Of a stretch of 64,000 nt of DNA, positions 60,943 to 64,000 are shown piece after piece (positions within the stretch are counted from its first letter, which is position 1; each line of letters starts with the position of its first letter). This stretch comes from Octopus sinensis (lineage: Eukaryota), in assembly GCF_006345805.1 (NCBI RefSeq), contig NC_042997.1, positions 165,912,001 through 165,976,000 on the forward strand. The letters are read 5' to 3'. The notes under the pieces were generated by a model that saw nothing but the letters and a program-made list of their open reading frames with translations, had not been told where the DNA came from and did no database searches. A program made the translations under genes and the position numbers.

Positions 60943-61367
60943 TGTATGTATGTATGTATGTATGTATGTATGTTCGTATGTATATATGGCAAGTAAATGT
61001 AATAATTATTTGTGAATTTAAACCTACTGGCAGCACCAGAACTGACACTAAGTATACTTCTTAATTAGATTTGAAGAGTAACAAACGTGGATGGAGGCAT
61101 GTTTTTCATTTCATTTAATCTAGATTTTATTTAGCCGCAAACTAATAATTTATCATATGGATCAAAATGTTACATTTCGCCCCTATATTGACTAATTCTA
61201 ATTAAAATTTGCCATTATTTGAAATCTTTAAACAAGATAAAAATTTAGGTGAAATATTTATTTGTTTGAAAAGATTAACTACAGAACAAATTATAAGTGG
61301 GACATTCAGGTATACGTAATTTTTATTTTGTATCGTATGTGTTGAACAAATGTAGCATTTGCAACAG

Positions 61368-61423
61368 GTTTTCAAGTGGCAAGTTACTGGTTGCCTGCAT
61401 TTCTAACAAAGAGACAAGCAAAG
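61368..61423 (+). other. Candidate 56-nt host exon
   Basis: CAACAG| acceptor and AAG|GTGAGT donor in non-repetitive DNA; open frame FQVASYWLPAFLTKRQAK. Confidence 0.25.
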
Positions 61424-61584
61424 GTGAGTTTTATAATTTGGTGCAAGACAAAATATAGGAAAGGATTTCGTTCGAAGACGATTTTTAACACTATGTTAAC
61501 AATGTTCGGTAGCATACTTCAGAGAAAGATATTCTAAAACTCACATACACTTTTCCAATACATATATGCATACATACACGCATA

Positions 61585-61618
<34 letters not shown>

Positions 61619-61683
61619 TCAGAATACGACCAAAAGTCGAACACAGATACGCATGTTACATATCTATACCTGTGTTTATATAT

Positions 61684-61742
61684 GATTTGATTTGATCTAG
61701 TTTCAGCTCATGAGCTGTGGCCATGCTGGGGCACCGCCATTT

Positions 61743-61744
<2 letters not shown>
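61684..61744 (-). mobile_element. Isolated 3' tail of the CR1-group LINE
   Basis: Nearly identical to 49385-49443. Confidence 0.85.
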
Positions 61745-61830
<86 letters not shown>

Positions 61831-62490
61831 ATATGAGGGCTTTAGTTCACTTGTGATCTAAACGAATAGGTACGCTAGATAAGTGCTATAGTTGGTCGAC
61901 TGTTAGGTTCCAAGATCACAGCTACGGCCAGATCTAGGGATCCGTTTAAGGGTTCCGTTATGGCAGGTATATATTATATTAGAGGTAAAATCAAAACCAA
62001 GGTAGAACGATTATCCCAAGCCATTTAGAATTATTTAATTCGGTAAGGTGAATTTGAAGTCTTACAGCCGTTTCTGGGATAACCTAAAGATTTGGTTAGC
62101 ATGTCCGTGACAAGGTATGAATATTTTAGACGGGAAAAATTTACAGTTTAGAAGGAATAAAATAGAAGTATAATGGAGTAAAATAGAAGAATAAAGAATA
62201 AAAGTAGTTAGCAGAATAAAGGCAGAAGAATAATGTTCACAACGCATCTTTTAACAGAAGATATGGATGTTGGTTGATACTTCCATGAAGATACAGGTTT
62301 TTAGTTAAAATCCCAGGTAAATCCAGGCAGTATTTTGGCCGTATTCTGAATGATGTACATCATTCAGAATACTGCTGATATATATATATATACACACACA
62401 TATATATGTATACACATACACCCCACACACACATACATATATATATAAATATATACACACACACATATGTGTGTGTGTGTGTATGTGTGT

Positions 62491-62778
62491 GTGGAGACGC
62501 AATGGCCCAGTGGTTAGGGCAGTGGACTCGCGGTCGTAGGATCGCAGTTTCGATTCCCAGACCGGGCGTTGTGAGTGTTTATTGAGCGAAAACACCTAAA
62601 GCTGGGGCTCTCTGTTGTACTCTTTCGCCACAACTTTCTCTCATTCTTTCTTCTGTTGGCCTACTCGTTTAGCCAGCGGGGTGGCGTCAATTGAAGGCTA
62701 AAACAATGCGAAGCGCATTGTGACCAGCAATGTGTAGCAACATCTGATAGCCTGGTCGGTCACTGTGATCACGGTGAT
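62491..62778 (+). mobile_element. tRNA-derived SINE family C, near full length
   Basis: A-box TGGCCCAGTGG, B-box-like GTTTCGATTCCC; 3' part shared with 6421 and 18945; (TA)n tail. Confidence 0.85.
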
Positions 62779-62801
62779 ATATATATATATACATACGGAC
62801 A

Positions 62802-63115
62802 CAATTGCAGCGGGAAGATGTTTTAAGCCATTTAAGAATGCACAAAAAACTGTTAGCTTCACTTGAACATTTTAATTTAATATGTGTCAAAATGTTTTCG
62901 TCGCTTTGAAACCGCGACTTCTTCACTGACAAAGCACACGAAGTTTTGTCAGTGAACACGTCGCGGTTTCAAAGCGACGGAAATATTTTGACACAAATTA
63001 AATGTAAATGCTGAAGTGAATCTAACGTTTGTGTTTGTTTGTGTGTGTGTGTGTGTGTGTGGTGTGTGTGTGTGTGTTGTTAAATTGCTTACAAATATCT
63101 TCCATGCTGCAATTG
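62802..63115. repeat. Imperfect palindrome (PLE pseudo-LTR-like inverted pair)
   Basis: Arms 62802-62933 and 62945-63115; the right arm is expanded by a (GT)n tract. Confidence 0.8.
62947..62993 (+). ncRNA. Hammerhead-like motif with G3-C8 swapped core
   Basis: UGUCA-GUGAACA-CGUCGC(GGUUUCAAA)GCGACG-GAAA-UAU-UU-UGACA; stem III and the 10.1 pair are non-ideal. Confidence 0.35.
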
Positions 63116-63164
63116 TTTCTGTTTCGGTACACGATCTCAAACCAAGTCACTTGCTATGCAAGTA

Positions 63165-63392
63165 TATCTCTGGCAGAAACGTTAGCACGCCGGGCGAAAT
63201 GCGTTGCCGTATTTCGTCTGCCGTTACGTTCCCAGTTCAAATTCCGCCGAGGTCGACTTTGCCTTTCATCCTTCCGGGGTCGATAAATTAAGTACCAGTT
63301 ACGCACTGGGGTCGATGTAATCGACTTAATCCCTTTGTCTGTCCTTGTTTGTCTCCTCTGTGTTTAGCCCCTTGTGGGTAGTAAAGAAATAT
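63165..63392 (+). mobile_element. SINE family A
   Basis: Close match to 6988-7216. Confidence 0.9.
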
Positions 63393-63857
63393 ATATATAT
63401 ATATATATTCTGATTATTTTGTGCTGGGGGAAAAACCATGACGTAGAATTTGTCTTCGTGATAAACATCAGAATTTATAATGATTTGGCAGATCTGAGTA
63501 TGGTGAAAAATTGGTGTTGACTTGATGTAGTTTGAATATAGTTTACAATATCAATTACTATATGCTATAATGTGGATCCTCGTCCGCTTGTATGTTATTA
63601 TCGGCACTGTAATATTCTGGTTGCCACTAATATGTTGTGGCGCTATTCCGCGTCATATTAGCATTTGATCGTCTATCGTGCTATCGCTGACACACACACA
63701 AACATCTACCTTGACAGTAACTCGAACTCGTATGTATTACACGACTAACACTGATTCCAACGGCGAAACTCGTACAACGAATTTACCACTATTGACATAT
63801 TCTTTATTACCCACATGAGACTTACAAAGAGAGACGATACAAGGACAGACATCAGAC

Positions 63858-64000
63858 GGCGTGGTGGCAGAAACGTTAGCACGCCGGGCGAAATGCGTAG
63901 CTGTATTTCGTCTGCCGTTATGTTCTGAGTTCAAATTCCGCCGAGGTCGACTTTGCTTTCATCCTTTCGGGGTCGATAAATTAAGTACCAGTTACGCACC
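63858..64000 (+). mobile_element. SINE family A, runs off the window
   Basis: Close match to the family A head. Confidence 0.9.

Noticed and set aside
63755-63790. CTGATTC...GAAACTCGTA as a hammerhead
   Set aside because: The core lacks G8/A9 and there is no stem II.
5413-64000. tRNA genes
   Set aside because: The A/B-box-containing heads continue into SINE bodies and do not complete a cloverleaf.

Overview
Eukaryotic, repeat-saturated intergenic or intronic DNA with no confidently identifiable host gene. The SINE set, LINE clades and very dense microsatellites look like an octopus (coleoid cephalopod) genome; this is inferred from pattern recognition, not from a search. Contents: at least four tRNA-type SINE families (labelled A, B, C, G here); several relics of R4/Dong-type restriction-like-endonuclease (RLE) LINEs lying in (TAA)n tracts; three Tx1/L1-type LINE relics; one young 5'-truncated CR1-group LINE with an uninterrupted 668-aa RT ORF; and a Penelope-like element (PLE) fragment with a GIY-YIG domain. 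DNA transposons include mariner, Tigger/pogo, Chapaev-like, MULE and Helitron elements plus MITEs, often nested with readable target-site duplications (TSDs). Most long ORFs in the track are simple-repeat artefacts. The most interesting signal is RNA structure hidden in the repeats. Five PLE-type type I hammerhead ribozyme motifs were found, three of them as outward-facing inverted pairs, and they use three different core 3-8 base pairs (C-G, U-A, G-C). A candidate HDV-like ribozyme starts exactly at the 5' boundary of a non-coding retroposon. There is also evidence for microsatellite-specific targeting and for SINE-LINE 3'-tail partnerships. All ribozyme calls are manual folds and are untested.
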